A DNA stretch of 64,000 nucleotides from an uncultured Spirochaetota bacterium (GTDB taxonomy: Bacteria; Spirochaetota; Spirochaetia; SZUA-6; Fen-1364): contig CAVUXE010000037.1 in the NCBI GenBank assembly GCA_963745235.1, forward strand, positions 96,001 through 160,000, given 5' to 3'. Both the position numbers and the translations under genes were made by a program. Every line of letters begins with the position of its first letter. The stretch's first letter is position 1. The notes under the pieces are model-generated. The model made no database searches. It was given only the letters and a program-made list of their open reading frames with translations, and was not told the DNA's origin. This document shows positions 11,100 to 20,943 of the stretch, piece by piece.

Positions 11100-12322
11100 A
11101 AAACGCGATCGTCATCCCCGCCCTCGCCCTTGGCGCCCTGCTGCTGAACGGGTGCGCGCCGGCGCGCCAGGCAGCCCCGGAAACGCCGCGCAGTGTGACG
11201 GTTGCACCCGCTCGTCGCCAGTCCATGACCATCTCCCGGGAGTACGCTGCCAGGATACGGGCGCAAAAGGAGATCATGGTCAGCGCCAAGATCTCGGGCA
11301 GGGTCGCAAGCACGCGCGCCGACGTGGGCCAGCAGGTCAGGAAGGGCCAGGTGCTCTTTACGCTGGAGGCCAGGGATTTCGACGCGCAGTATCGCCAGGC
11401 AAAGGCCGCCCTGGAAAGCGCCCGGGCCAGCCTGACCCGTACCAGCGATTCCTCTCTTTCGTCCCAGGTCCTGCAGGCGCAGGCCTCCGTCCGCCAGGCC
11501 CAGGTGCAGTACGACGAGACCAGGGACCTCTTCGAGCGCACGAAGAAGATGTTCGACAACGGGACTGTCGCGCAGCAGCAGCTGGATTCGGCGCAGGCGC
11601 GATACCAGAGCGCGGAGATCGCGCTGAGCACGGCAAAAGACAACCTGTCCCTGATCCAGGAAAAAGGAGGACCGCAATCCACGGGGGTCGCATCCACCCA
11701 GGTGGAGCAGGCCCAGGCGGCGCTGGACCTGGCGCAGTCACAGCTTGACAGCACGGTTGTCGCCTCTCCCATCACCGGAACCGTGTCCACGCGAAACGTC
11801 GATGCGGGGGAGCTCGTTGCAAGCGGCGTGCCGGCGTTCGTCGTCATTGACTCAAGCTCCGTGACGGCAGAAGCGAGCGTGTCGCAGGACACCGTGGAAA
11901 AAATCCGCAGGGGAGAGAGAATCAGCGTTGCAGTGGATACCGCGAACGGATCCAGCCGCATGCAGGGAGTGGTGGACACCATCAGCCCCGCCGCTGATCC
12001 GCGCTCCCAGGGATACCTCATCAAGGTGTCCGTCAGCAACAACGACGGCCTGCTCAGGCCGGGCATGTTTGCCAGGGTCTCCTTTCCCGTGGAGGACAGG
12101 GCGAACGTCCTGGTTGTCCCGAATGGAGCCATTGTCACGGAAACGGGCATCGACTACGTGTACGAGGTGACGGATGGCGTGGTGAAAAAGACAGCGGTGG
12201 AAACCGGAATATCCACCGATGCGGTGACGGAGATCACCTCCGGGCTCGTGGAAGGGGCGCTTGTCGTGACGGAGGGGCAGACCTTCCTGACCGACGGGCA
12301 GAAAGTCACCCCGGTCCAATGA
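11096..12322 (+). CDS. RND periplasmic adaptor (MFP), lipoprotein
   Basis: Lipobox LLNGC, lipoyl halves GQQVRKGQVL and SPITGTV, LRPGMFA. Confidence 0.92.
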   Translation: MKNAIVIPALALGALLLNGCAPARQAAPETPRSVTVAPARRQSMTISREYAARIRAQKEIMVSAKISGRVASTRADVGQQVRKGQVLFTLEARDFDAQYRQAKAALESARASLTRTSDSSLSSQVLQAQASVRQAQVQYDETRDLFERTKKMFDNGTVAQQQLDSAQARYQSAEIALSTAKDNLSLIQEKGGPQSTGVASTQVEQAQAALDLAQSQLDSTVVASPITGTVSTRNVDAGELVASGVPAFVVIDSSSVTAEASVSQDTVEKIRRGERISVAVDTANGSSRMQGVVDTISPAADPRSQGYLIKVSVSNNDGLLRPGMFARVSFPVEDRANVLVVPNGAIVTETGIDYVYEVTDGVVKKTAVETGISTDAVTEITSGLVEGALVVTEGQTFLTDGQKVTPVQ

Positions 12323-12335
12323 TAAGATCCCCGGC

Positions 12336-13622
12336 ATGAAACGAAACGCCCTTGTCGCTCAGTCAGGCGGACCGTCGCCCGTCATCAACTCATCCCTCCA
12401 GGGGGTCATCGAGGCCTGCCGGGAGCATCCCGATCACATCGGGACCCTGTACGCGGCATGGCACGGGATCGAGGGGGTGCTCCTGGAAGAGCTCTTCGAC
12501 GCCGGCAGGCAGCGGCGCGCGGAAGTTGAGCTTCTGGGCACAACGCCAGCGGCGGGAGTGGTTGGCACCTGCCGGTACAAGCTGACACCCGAGCAGGCGG
12601 AGGACTTCGAGCGGATCATCGATGTCATCCGGGCTCACGACATCGGCTACTTCTTTTACATCGGGGGAAACGACTCCATGGACACCGCGGCAAAGGTGTC
12701 ACGGCTGGCCCGGGAGCGCGGCGTGGAGCTGGTGGTGGCAGGCGTGCCAAAGACCATCGACAACGACATCGGAGACCCTGAGTTCAAGATCATCGACCAC
12801 ACGCCCGGTTACGGCAGCGCGGCTCGGTACTGGGCCTCCCTCATCCAGAACATCGAAGAAGAGAACCGCGGCATGTGCGTCTCCGAGCCGGTTGCCGTGC
12901 TGCAGGCCATGGGCAGGAAGTCCGGCTTCATCACCGCCGCCTCCCGCCTGGGCGATCCCGAGCGCCGCATGCCGCTGCAGCTTTACATGGCGGAGACCGG
13001 GCACAGCCTTGCATCACTCCATGAGAACGTGAACAGGGAGCTTGCAAAGACCGGCCGCTGCATTGTCGTGGTCAACGAGGGTTTCGACGTTGGCGGAGTC
13101 GGGGAAAGACACGACGGGTTCGGTCATGTCGAGTACGGGGCCAGCCGAACCACGGCGGCCCAGGCGGTGGTCAACTACCTGAACGAGAAGGGGCTTGCGG
13201 TTCGCGGCCAGGCCACCGGGCAGCTGCCCGGCGTCATCCAGAGGTCCGTCTCCATCCACGCGTCCACGGTGGACATTTCCGAGGCGCGGGAAGTGGGCCG
13301 GGAGGCTGTCGCCGTTGCGCTGCGGGACGGCACGGGCTGGATGGCCACCATCCTGCGAAAGCCGGGCAGCTCCTACGGCGTGCGATACGACAAGGTGGCG
13401 CTGGAAAAGGTTGCCAATTCGTCCCGGTTCATGCCTCCGCAGTGGATCGCGAAGGACGGGCTGGATGTCACCGACGATTTTCTGCGCTACGCCGCGCCGC
13501 TGATCGGGGAGACGGATCCGCTGATCCCGCGGGAGAACGGCTTGCAGAGGTTCGCGCGGTTTGAGATCACGTTCATCGAGAAGAAGCTTCCCGCATACGT
13601 TCCGGTGAGGTTCCGCGTCTGA
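12336..13622 (+). CDS. pfp: Pyrophosphate-dependent phosphofructokinase
   Basis: QSGGPSP, GGNDS (Asp at the PPi-specificity site), PKTIDND (Lys), MGRKSG. Confidence 0.85.
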   Translation: MKRNALVAQSGGPSPVINSSLQGVIEACREHPDHIGTLYAAWHGIEGVLLEELFDAGRQRRAEVELLGTTPAAGVVGTCRYKLTPEQAEDFERIIDVIRAHDIGYFFYIGGNDSMDTAAKVSRLARERGVELVVAGVPKTIDNDIGDPEFKIIDHTPGYGSAARYWASLIQNIEEENRGMCVSEPVAVLQAMGRKSGFITAASRLGDPERRMPLQLYMAETGHSLASLHENVNRELAKTGRCIVVVNEGFDVGGVGERHDGFGHVEYGASRTTAAQAVVNYLNEKGLAVRGQATGQLPGVIQRSVSIHASTVDISEAREVGREAVAVALRDGTGWMATILRKPGSSYGVRYDKVALEKVANSSRFMPPQWIAKDGLDVTDDFLRYAAPLIGETDPLIPRENGLQRFARFEITFIEKKLPAYVPVRFRV

Positions 13623-13634
13623 GAGCGGCCCCCG

Positions 13635-14417
13635 TCACCACACGCAGTAGCCGCCGTCAATGACGATATCCGAGCCGGTCATGTAGTCCGACGCCTCGCT
13701 TGCCAGGTACACCACCGCTCCCTGGAGGTCGGACACCTCGGCCATGCGATGCATGGGGATCAACGGCATCCACGTCTCCATCATCTTCTTTCCCTCCGGA
13801 GTGGACACCAGCTTCTCCACGAGGGCGGTTCTCGTGTAGCCCGGGCTGATGGAGTTCACCCGTATCCCATCCCCCGCCCACTCCGCGGCAAGGCTCCTGG
13901 TCATATGAATGACGCCTGCCTTGGAGACGTTGTAAGGGGTCTGGTTCTGGGGCGTGTTGACGATGTGGCCGGACATGGAGGCGGTGTTGATGATCTTCCC
14001 GTAGCGGGTCTTCCTCATTTCCCCGGCCTCGACCTGCGAGCAGTACAGGACGGCATCCAGGTTCAGGCGCATCACTTTCTGCCAGATCTCCTCTGTGATG
14101 TCGGCCGCATCCACCCACTGCCCGATTCCCGCATTGTTGACCCCGATGGTGAGCTTTCCCCACTTCTTCACCACGGCATCCACGACTCGCTGCACCTCGG
14201 CCTTCTTTGTCACGTCCGCAGTCAGGGCAAGGGCATCCACGCCCTTCGCTGAGAGCTCTTCGGTCACCTCATGGGCGTGCTTCTCCGATACGTCCACCAC
14301 GGCCACCGCCGCCCCTGCCTCGCCAAGCGCGTGGGCGTATCCACGTCCAATGCCCTGGCCGGCCCCCGTGACCAGCGCCACCCGGCCCGTGAGCCCGAAC
14401 CTGTCCAGGATTGCCAT
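13635..14417 (-). CDS. Short-chain dehydrogenase/reductase, polyol/ketose reductase-like
   Basis: [25 protein letters not shown]. Confidence 0.9.
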   Translation of the reverse strand: MAILDRFGLTGRVALVTGAGQGIGRGYAHALGEAGAAVAVVDVSEKHAHEVTEELSAKGVDALALTADVTKKAEVQRVVDAVVKKWGKLTIGVNNAGIGQWVDAADITEEIWQKVMRLNLDAVLYCSQVEAGEMRKTRYGKIINTASMSGHIVNTPQNQTPYNVSKAGVIHMTRSLAAEWAGDGIRVNSISPGYTRTALVEKLVSTPEGKKMMETWMPLIPMHRMAEVSDLQGAVVYLASEASDYMTGSDIVIDGGYCVW

Positions 14418-14429
14418 GCCCCGCCTCCT

Positions 14430-15436
14430 TCAGACTTTCTCATCGTTGGGAAAAATCATGACCTTCATGGCGTTCTCCCCCCTGTCCTCGATCTTCCTGA
14501 TCCCCGCCTCCAGGCTGTCCAGGGGCATGCGGTGCGACACGAGGTCATCGACGCGCACCTTGCCGGAGCCGATGAGGGCAAGCGCCTGCAGGCTGTTCCT
14601 GCGGGACGTGTACGAGGCGAATATCGACAGCCCTTTGCGGAAGACCTGGAACGGCTCTATTGTCGCCGCCTTCCCCTGGGGTGAGACGCCGAACATCAAC
14701 ACCCGGCCGCCGGGGCGCGCCATTCGGATGGCCTGGGAAAGCATGGGGGGAGCGCCGGTTGCGTCGATCACGATGTCGAACCTGTCAGAGGGAAGGGACG
14801 CAACGTCCCTGGTTGCTTCCGCCACGCCGTCACGACGCGCCGCTGCAAGTCTTTCCTCGCTCAGGTCCGCCACGGTGAACCGGGTCGCCCCCCGGCGCGC
14901 GCGGTCCTGATCAGGAGCATCCCGATGGGACCGGTTCCGATGACAGCCACGTTGTCCCCGAGCCGGATGCCGGCGGATTCTATGCCGTGCAGGACGCAGG
15001 AAAGGGGCTCCATGAAGGCGGCCTGGTCGAACGGGATGTCTCCCGCGTCGAAGACCACTTTTTCAGGAGCAAGGACGAACTGCGCCATGGCGCCCGGGCG
15101 GGTGACGCCGACAGCCTGCCAGTTCTCGCAGAAGTTCTGCCTGTTGTTCAGGCACGCAGTGCAGTTGTCGCAGGAGATGTTGGGCTCAACGGAAACACGG
15201 GAGCCGGGAGCGAAACGGCTGACCTTGTCCCCGACGGCAACCACCACTCCGGAGAACTCGTGCCCCGGGGTCATGGGATAGGACCCCAGGTATTCGCCGT
15301 GGAAGATATGGACGTCAGTGCCGCAAATGCCGCTGGCCATGACCTTCACCACCAGCTCGTCCGGCCGCGTCGGCCGGGGGACCTCCACGTCCCGCACGCT
15401 GATGGAAAGCGGCTTTTCGATGATCGCTGCCTTCAT
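14430..15436 (-). CDS. Zinc-dependent polyol dehydrogenase (MDR family); frameshift near 14895
   Basis: GICGTD, GHEFSG, CDNCTAC...C structural Zn motif, GTGPIG. C-terminal half is in ORF 14430-14873. Confidence 0.88.
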
Positions 15437-15444
15437 GATTCCTC

Positions 15445-16269
15445 CTATCCTTTCACGGCCCCCATGGTCAGGCCTTTCACCAGGGACCTCTGGGCCAGCC
15501 AGCCCAGGATCATCGGCGGAAGGACGACGAGGGTCGAGATTGCGCACAGCTTGGCCCAGAACAGTCCCTGCTGGGTCATGAAGCTCGCCATGTAGACGGG
15601 CACCGGAGCGGCATTCACATAGGTCAGGTTGATGGAGAAGAAGAACTCGTTCCACACGAAGATGAACACGAGGAGCCCCGTGGAGACGATCCCCTGGCGC
15701 GCCAGGGGCAGGATGATGCTGAAGAAGGAGCGCAGGCGCGAGGAGCCGTCCATGTCGGATGACTCCAGGATCTCCCGCGGCACGTCCAGGAGGAATGACC
15801 TGGTCATCCAGATGACAATGGGGACGTTGACGCCCGTGTAGATGAGGATCATGCCGCCCAGGGTGTCCAGGAGGCCGGTGATCCGAAACAGCAGAAAAAC
15901 GGGGACAATCACCGCAACCGGCGGGAGCAGAGTCGTCGAGAGGAACCAGAAGTAGAGGTTGTCGGAGTTGCGCAGCCCTCCGAACACCAGCGCGTAGGCA
16001 ACGGGCACGCCGAAAACCAGGCACGCGGCCACGGCGGTGACGGAGATGACGGCGGAGTCCAGGATATAACGCACGATCTCGTGCTGGAGGACCGTTGCGT
16101 AGTTTTCCAGCGTCGGGTGGGCAATCCACAACGAGGGGGGGAGAACGTCCGCCTCCCCCTTGAAGCTCGTGATGAGCATGTACAGGAGCGGGAAGCACCA
16201 CAGGATGGCCGCCAGCCAGATGAGCGCGATTCCTGGAGCCCGACGCAGTGCCCGTGATCCAGGGCTCAT
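15445..16269 (-). CDS. Polyol ABC permease (SmoG/MtlG-like)
   Basis: EAA-like loop ILESSDMDG, FVWNEFFF, GLFWAKL, GLTMGAVKG. Confidence 0.9.
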   Translation of the reverse strand: MSPGSRALRRAPGIALIWLAAILWCFPLLYMLITSFKGEADVLPPSLWIAHPTLENYATVLQHEIVRYILDSAVISVTAVAACLVFGVPVAYALVFGGLRNSDNLYFWFLSTTLLPPVAVIVPVFLLFRITGLLDTLGGMILIYTGVNVPIVIWMTRSFLLDVPREILESSDMDGSSRLRSFFSIILPLARQGIVSTGLLVFIFVWNEFFFSINLTYVNAAPVPVYMASFMTQQGLFWAKLCAISTLVVLPPMILGWLAQRSLVKGLTMGAVKG

Positions 16270-17150
16270 CAGGCGGCCTCCGTGACCCGACGGCGGAACC
16301 AGCGGAACAACGCCATGATGGCCAGCAGCGTGACGACAACGGTCACCACGGCAACCGCGGCCGCGTGGCCGACGTCCCATCCGAGGAACGCGGTCCTGTA
16401 CACGTAATAGGGCAGATTCGACGATGAGTACCCCGGCCCTCCCCTGGTTGTCACGAAAATGAGACCGAACACCTTCAGCACGAAGATGAGCCCCAGGAGG
16501 ACGGCCACCTCGATGTGGTTCATGATCACGGGGAGCCTGATGAAGAGCAATTCGCGAAGCCAGCCCGTCCCGTCCACCCGGGCGCTGTCCATGATCTCCG
16601 GCTCGATGTTCTGGAACCCCGCCAGGATGATCAGCACGAAGAACGGCGTCCACTGCCAGACAATCAGGATGACGATGGTGAGGAGGGAATGGACGCCGAA
16701 GAAGTCGAACGGCTTGACGCCGAACAGGGTGGCAAAGTAGCCGTTCCAGCCGAAGGAGGAATTGAGGATGATGGTGCGCCACACGATCCCCGCCACGGCA
16801 TCCATCACGAAGAACGGAGAGATGATCAGGGTGCGCACGATATTCACCCCCGGGAAATCACGGTTCAGCATGAGACCGAAGAGGATCCCCAGGACGGTGC
16901 AGATGGCAAGGGAGGCGACCGTGATCACCACCGTGTTGAGAACGACCTCGTAGAAGTCCCGGGAGGTGAAGATATCCGCGTAGTTGTCCAGGCCGATGAA
17001 GGTGATTCCGAGGTCCGGCCGCACCACGATCCATCGCACAAGGGACAAACCCAGCGTGGCCAGAATGGGAGCCTGGGTGACAACCGCCACGACGATGATT
17101 GCCGGAAGCGAGAGGAGCATCGATCTGCGTCGTCTCAACTCGTCGTGCAT
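16269..17150 (-). CDS. Polyol ABC permease (SmoF/MtlF-like)
   Basis: WQWTPF, DSARVDG, TTRGGPG. Confidence 0.9.
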   Translation of the reverse strand: MHDELRRRRSMLLSLPAIIVVAVVTQAPILATLGLSLVRWIVVRPDLGITFIGLDNYADIFTSRDFYEVVLNTVVITVASLAICTVLGILFGLMLNRDFPGVNIVRTLIISPFFVMDAVAGIVWRTIILNSSFGWNGYFATLFGVKPFDFFGVHSLLTIVILIVWQWTPFFVLIILAGFQNIEPEIMDSARVDGTGWLRELLFIRLPVIMNHIEVAVLLGLIFVLKVFGLIFVTTRGGPGYSSSNLPYYVYRTAFLGWDVGHAAAVAVVTVVVTLLAIMALFRWFRRRVTEAA

Positions 17151-17178
17151 TGCTGTCCTCGGGGACCACGGCAGGCGG

Positions 17179-18564
17179 TCACTGGGTGTGCGACGCGGGC
17201 GGCCGTTCCTTGAGGTAGCCGCCGTCGCGGGCCACCTTCAGCGCCGCCGCCTGGGAATCAGCCAGGGCCTGCTCCAGGGGCTTCTGCCCGGAGATGTATG
17301 CGGCAAGCTGCTGGGACACCGCCTCCCCCAGGCTCTGGAACTCGGGAATGGACACGTATTGTATTCCCTTGTACGGCACGGGCAGGAGCGTCGGCCGCTC
17401 GTAGTCGGCATCCTGGATGGAGCGGAGCACCATGCCGGCAAAGGGAGCGGCCGCCTGGTAGTCGGGGTTGCTGTACGTGGAGGCCCTGGTCCCGGGAGGC
17501 ACCTGGGCCCACCCGACCCTCCTGCCCACGAGGGTGATGTACTTCCTGTCCGTTGCCCACGTGATGAAGCGGAAGGCCTCGGCCGGGTGCCGTGAGGATG
17601 ACTCGATGCCCAGGGACCATGCCCAGAGCCAGCCCGTGTTGCCCCGCCGCGCGGAAGGGGCAAGAGCATAGCCGATGCGGCCGGCCACTTTCGAGTCGGG
17701 TGCCTCCAGCGCGCTTGCCGACACGGTTGCGTCGTACCAGAGCGCGGCCTTGCCGCTCTGCATGATGGCGAGGCATTCGGTGTATCCGTCCGTGGTCGGG
17801 TTGGGCTCCCCCGCGTCGTTCAGAAGCCGCTTGTAGAACCGCCATGCCTCAGCCATGGCGGGCTCGCCGAATGCCGGTCTCCAGCTCTCGTCGAACCAGC
17901 GGCCGCCGAAAGCATTGACGACAGTATTGAACGGAGCGAGCGCCTCCCCCCACCCCGGCAGCCCGCGCAGCACGATGCCGTAGCAGCCGTCAAGACCCCG
18001 CAGCTTCACCGCAAAATCATGGATCTGCTTCCATGTCGGTTCCCGCGGCATCGTGAGCCCCGCCCTGGCGAAAAGATCCTTGCGGTAGAACACCATGCTG
18101 CTCTCCCCGTAGAAGGGCAGCGCGAACTGCTCCCCGTTGTACGACAGGGCGGCCCGAATGGTCGGCAGGATGTCCTCCCGCGCATAGGCATCCCGGTTCG
18201 CCGCGCTCATGCGGGCAAACAGCGGCTCCAGGGAAATGAGCCAACGGTTCTTCCCCCAGATCGGCGTGTCATAGGTGCCGATTGTCACCACGTCATACCT
18301 GCCCGAGCCCAGGCCCACGTCCTCGGTGACCTTCTGACGCAGCTCGTTTTCCGGCAGGACCACGAAGCTGAGCTGGATGCCCGTGGCGGCGGTGAACTCC
18401 CCTGACAGTCTCTGCATGATCCCCATGTCGGGATTGTTCACCGTGGCCACGGTGAGCCGCACTGGCGTGGCGCCCTCCCGCGCGCCGGCGGCAAATGCGC
18501 CGCGGTGCGTCGCGAGAGAGCAGGCGAGCAGGAGAACTGCTTTGCACACGGCTGACCTTGTCAT
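17179..18564 (-). CDS. Polyol ABC substrate-binding protein (SmoE/MtlE-like), copy 1
   Basis: Signal peptide; TVNNPDM, LPENELR, PFYGESSM, LRGLPGWGE, WLWAW, PPGTR, IPEFQ. Confidence 0.9.
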   Translation of the reverse strand: MTRSAVCKAVLLLACSLATHRGAFAAGAREGATPVRLTVATVNNPDMGIMQRLSGEFTAATGIQLSFVVLPENELRQKVTEDVGLGSGRYDVVTIGTYDTPIWGKNRWLISLEPLFARMSAANRDAYAREDILPTIRAALSYNGEQFALPFYGESSMVFYRKDLFARAGLTMPREPTWKQIHDFAVKLRGLDGCYGIVLRGLPGWGEALAPFNTVVNAFGGRWFDESWRPAFGEPAMAEAWRFYKRLLNDAGEPNPTTDGYTECLAIMQSGKAALWYDATVSASALEAPDSKVAGRIGYALAPSARRGNTGWLWAWSLGIESSSRHPAEAFRFITWATDRKYITLVGRRVGWAQVPPGTRASTYSNPDYQAAAPFAGMVLRSIQDADYERPTLLPVPYKGIQYVSIPEFQSLGEAVSQQLAAYISGQKPLEQALADSQAAALKVARDGGYLKERPPASHTQ

Positions 18565-18603
18565 TTCGGCTGGCTCATCCTACCGCGTGGGCAACGCCGT
18601 AAG

Positions 18604-18646
18604 GAAGTTACCCCGGTACTACCGGGTGAAGGAATAGTACTAGTAC
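18604..18646 (-). promoter_or_regulatory. Conserved 43-bp upstream box, copy A; candidate response-regulator site
   Basis: Minus strand GTACTAGTACtATTCCT-N9-AGTACCgGGGTAACTTC; 32/43 identical, without gaps, to 20776-20818. Confidence 0.75.
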
Positions 18647-18814
18647 GAGAGTACTCGTTCGGCGGGTACGCGGTACGAGAGTACTTGTTCGAACGGCGGG
18701 GCCCGCTTCGCGGGTAGGGACCGTTCGTACGAGAGTACTCGTTCGGCGAGTACGCGGTACGAGAGTACTCGTTCGAACGGCGGGGCGCGCTTCGCGGGTA
18801 GGGACCGTTCGTAC
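18643..18814. repeat. Tandem repeat, 2 x 84 bp, containing four 19-bp GTACGAGAGTACTCGTTCG subunits
   Basis: Units start at 18643 and 18727 and differ at 3 positions. Subunits at 18643, 18673, 18727 and 18757. Confidence 0.95.
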
Positions 18815-18817
18815 TTT

Positions 18818-19513
18818 TCAGGGGTCGGTCCCGAAGTATTCCTTCAGGGAGTTCGCGAGCTTCATTGCCTGCATGCGGTTGTGGACATGAAGCTTGGAGT
18901 AGATGACGCTCACGTGGTTCTTGACCGTCTGCTCCGCTATGGAAAGTTTTCTGGCGATGTGGGCATTGTCAGCTCCCGTGCCGATGAGCCGCAGAATCTC
19001 GATTTCCCGCCTGCTCAGGTAGCGAAGGAAAGAGCCCTCGGAGACGGGTCGGGGCCGCGCCTCGGCGCCCTCATCCGCCTTCGCTTCCCCCTCGCGGATC
19101 CTCAGGAGCTTGTTCGCCACCTGGGGGGAGATGATGATGGAGCCCCTGCACACCGCTCGCAGGGATACGATGAGGTCCGCGGGAGGGATGTCTTTCAGCA
19201 TGTAGCCCGCCGCGCCGTGGTTCAGCGCCTCGACGACGTATTCATCATCATCGAAGGTGGTGAGCATCAGGACATGGATGTCGGGATAGGTCTCATGGAT
19301 GATCTTTGTCGCCTCCACGCCGTCCATCTCCGGCATGCGCACGTCCATGAGGATGATGTCAGGGTGCTTCTCCATGACCAGCTGGATCGCCTCGCGGCCG
19401 CTCCGGGCCACCCCCACCACCTCGAAGTCTTCGGCCCGCGTTTCCAGCACCGTCCGCAGGCTCTCCACGAAGAGCACCTGGTCATCCGCCAGGAGGACCC
19501 GGATCTTGCTCAC
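18818..19513 (-). CDS. NarL/LuxR family response regulator
   Basis: LADDQ, LMDVRMP, LTTFDDD; [12 protein letters not shown]...[17 protein letters not shown]. Confidence 0.93.
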   Translation of the reverse strand: MSKIRVLLADDQVLFVESLRTVLETRAEDFEVVGVARSGREAIQLVMEKHPDIILMDVRMPEMDGVEATKIIHETYPDIHVLMLTTFDDDEYVVEALNHGAAGYMLKDIPPADLIVSLRAVCRGSIIISPQVANKLLRIREGEAKADEGAEARPRPVSEGSFLRYLSRREIEILRLIGTGADNAHIARKLSIAEQTVKNHVSVIYSKLHVHNRMQAMKLANSLKEYFGTDP

Positions 19514-20742
19514 GCCCGCTCCTCCTGACCAAGGGGGATCTCGCTGGAGACGAGGAAGCCGAATGCCGTGTTCTCGGCCTTCAGGGCGCCGCCGACGTGC
19601 GCAAGTCGCTCCGCCATGCCGGACAGCCCGATCCCGGGGACGATCTCCTTCGACCCCACGCCGTTGTCCGCGATGCTCAGGCGAAGCGCCCTCTCCACTA
19701 CCCAGAAGCTGACGGAGATCTCCGTGGCGTTTCCATGACGCAAGGCGTTGGTAAGAGATTCCTGGACTGTCCGGTACACGACGTCGTCGATGCGCGGTCC
19801 AAAGCTCTCGGGAGAGTTGCCGAAGTTCAGCCTCACCCTTACCTTCGTGGCCCTCTCGAAAATCCGCGCCACCTCGACCACCCTGCTCAGTCCGTTCGTC
19901 CTGACCGCGGTGACGGCGCGGAGGTTCCGCATGGCCCGCCGGGTCTCCAGGAGACCGCGCTGGGCCTGGTCGCGCGACTTCACCAGGAGCTCCCCCAGTC
20001 CAGCGCCGTCCCGGCTGACGAGGTCAGTGGCGGCCTCCATCATCATCTGGATGTTCGTCAGGGTGTAGCCGACGATGTCGTGGATCTCCCTCGTGATCCG
20101 CCGTCGCTCCTGCTCTTCAGTCTCCCGCTGCACGCGGGTGGCCAGCTCCTGGAAATCGAGGTTCGCTTCCGAAAGGGCACGCACTGTCCTGTCTATCCGG
20201 AGAAGCTCATCGTTCTGCCTCCGGATCTGCTGACCCCTGCTGCCCACCAGGCCAACCAGCCAGGTGAGAAAGAGGAGGTACATCCCGAGGAGGGCAGAAC
20301 CGAGAAGCGGCGCGCCGGCAACCGGGGTTCCCCACGCCACCAGGGGCCAATGGCTTGCGGAGACTGCCGCCGCATACACGAGGCAAAGGAGGGTGGCAAC
20401 CATGCCTTCCACTTCAGTCATTGCAAGGAAGATGAAGACGGTGCCGAGCACGACGTCCAGGATGAGGTCAGGTCCCTGCGGAATGCCCAGCACGATCTCG
20501 ATGAGCATTGCGAAAGTGAGCAGCGTGATCCGGTGCGAGCTCCTGCGGGTGCCCGGCATGACCAGGAGCAGCAGCGTGCACGCGGAAAGAAGGGCGTAGA
20601 ACTGGGGAAGCCAGACGGGCCTGATTGACGGGTTGCGAAAGGAAAGGAAAAAGACAAGACCCGCAACGCAATGGCCGGCGAGGGTCGTAACGAGGCTGGG
20701 AGCGCGTACGGCCATCCACATCCGTGTTTGCATGCGGTACAC
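19510..20742 (-). CDS. Membrane sensor histidine kinase (HisKA_3 / NarX-like)
   Basis: Several N-terminal TM segments; ERRRITREIHDIVG, QESLTNALRHG, DNGVG, GIGLSGMAERL. Exact start codon uncertain. Confidence 0.9.
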   Translation of the reverse strand: MYRMQTRMWMAVRAPSLVTTLAGHCVAGLVFFLSFRNPSIRPVWLPQFYALLSACTLLLLVMPGTRRSSHRITLLTFAMLIEIVLGIPQGPDLILDVVLGTVFIFLAMTEVEGMVATLLCLVYAAAVSASHWPLVAWGTPVAGAPLLGSALLGMYLLFLTWLVGLVGSRGQQIRRQNDELLRIDRTVRALSEANLDFQELATRVQRETEEQERRRITREIHDIVGYTLTNIQMMMEAATDLVSRDGAGLGELLVKSRDQAQRGLLETRRAMRNLRAVTAVRTNGLSRVVEVARIFERATKVRVRLNFGNSPESFGPRIDDVVYRTVQESLTNALRHGNATEISVSFWVVERALRLSIADNGVGSKEIVPGIGLSGMAERLAHVGGALKAENTAFGFLVSSEIPLGQEERA

Positions 20743-20758
20743 AGGTCCGTCGGGGGTG

Positions 20759-20787
20759 AGGATACCACAGCGCTGGTACTAGTACAA
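20759..20787 (-). promoter_or_regulatory. Sigma70 promoter of the kinase-regulator operon
   Basis: Minus strand TTGTAC-N17-TATCCT with extended TG; the -35 overlaps the GTACTAGTAC palindrome. Confidence 0.6.
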
Positions 20788-20818
20788 TTCCTGACATTTT
20801 CAGTACCCGGGTAACTTC
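20776..20818 (+). promoter_or_regulatory. Conserved 43-bp upstream box, copy B
   Basis: GTACTAGTACaATTCCT-N9-AGTACCcGGGTAACTTC; same orientation relative to its binding-protein gene as copy A. Confidence 0.75.
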
Positions 20819-20943
20819 TAACCAGCCCGAAACCATGAAAGTATGGAGGGAGAGACACTGTGGAAGGAGGTGATGATTCGCTTTTCCCGGTGTCGGGCGC
20901 GGCCATGCGCTCGACTGGCAAATCTTCAAAGAAGGGAGTCAAC

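Noticed and set aside
14861-16782. Long N-terminal extensions on the Zn dehydrogenase and permease (also yicI, 31298-32881 and 47726-49417)
   Set aside because: The ORF caller chose upstream starts inside neighbouring genes; true starts are supported by SD sequences or stop/start overlaps.
18643-18814. Possible mini CRISPR array
   Set aside because: Repeats are only 19 bp, the spacers alternate 11 and 35 bp and are themselves duplicated, and no cas genes are present.
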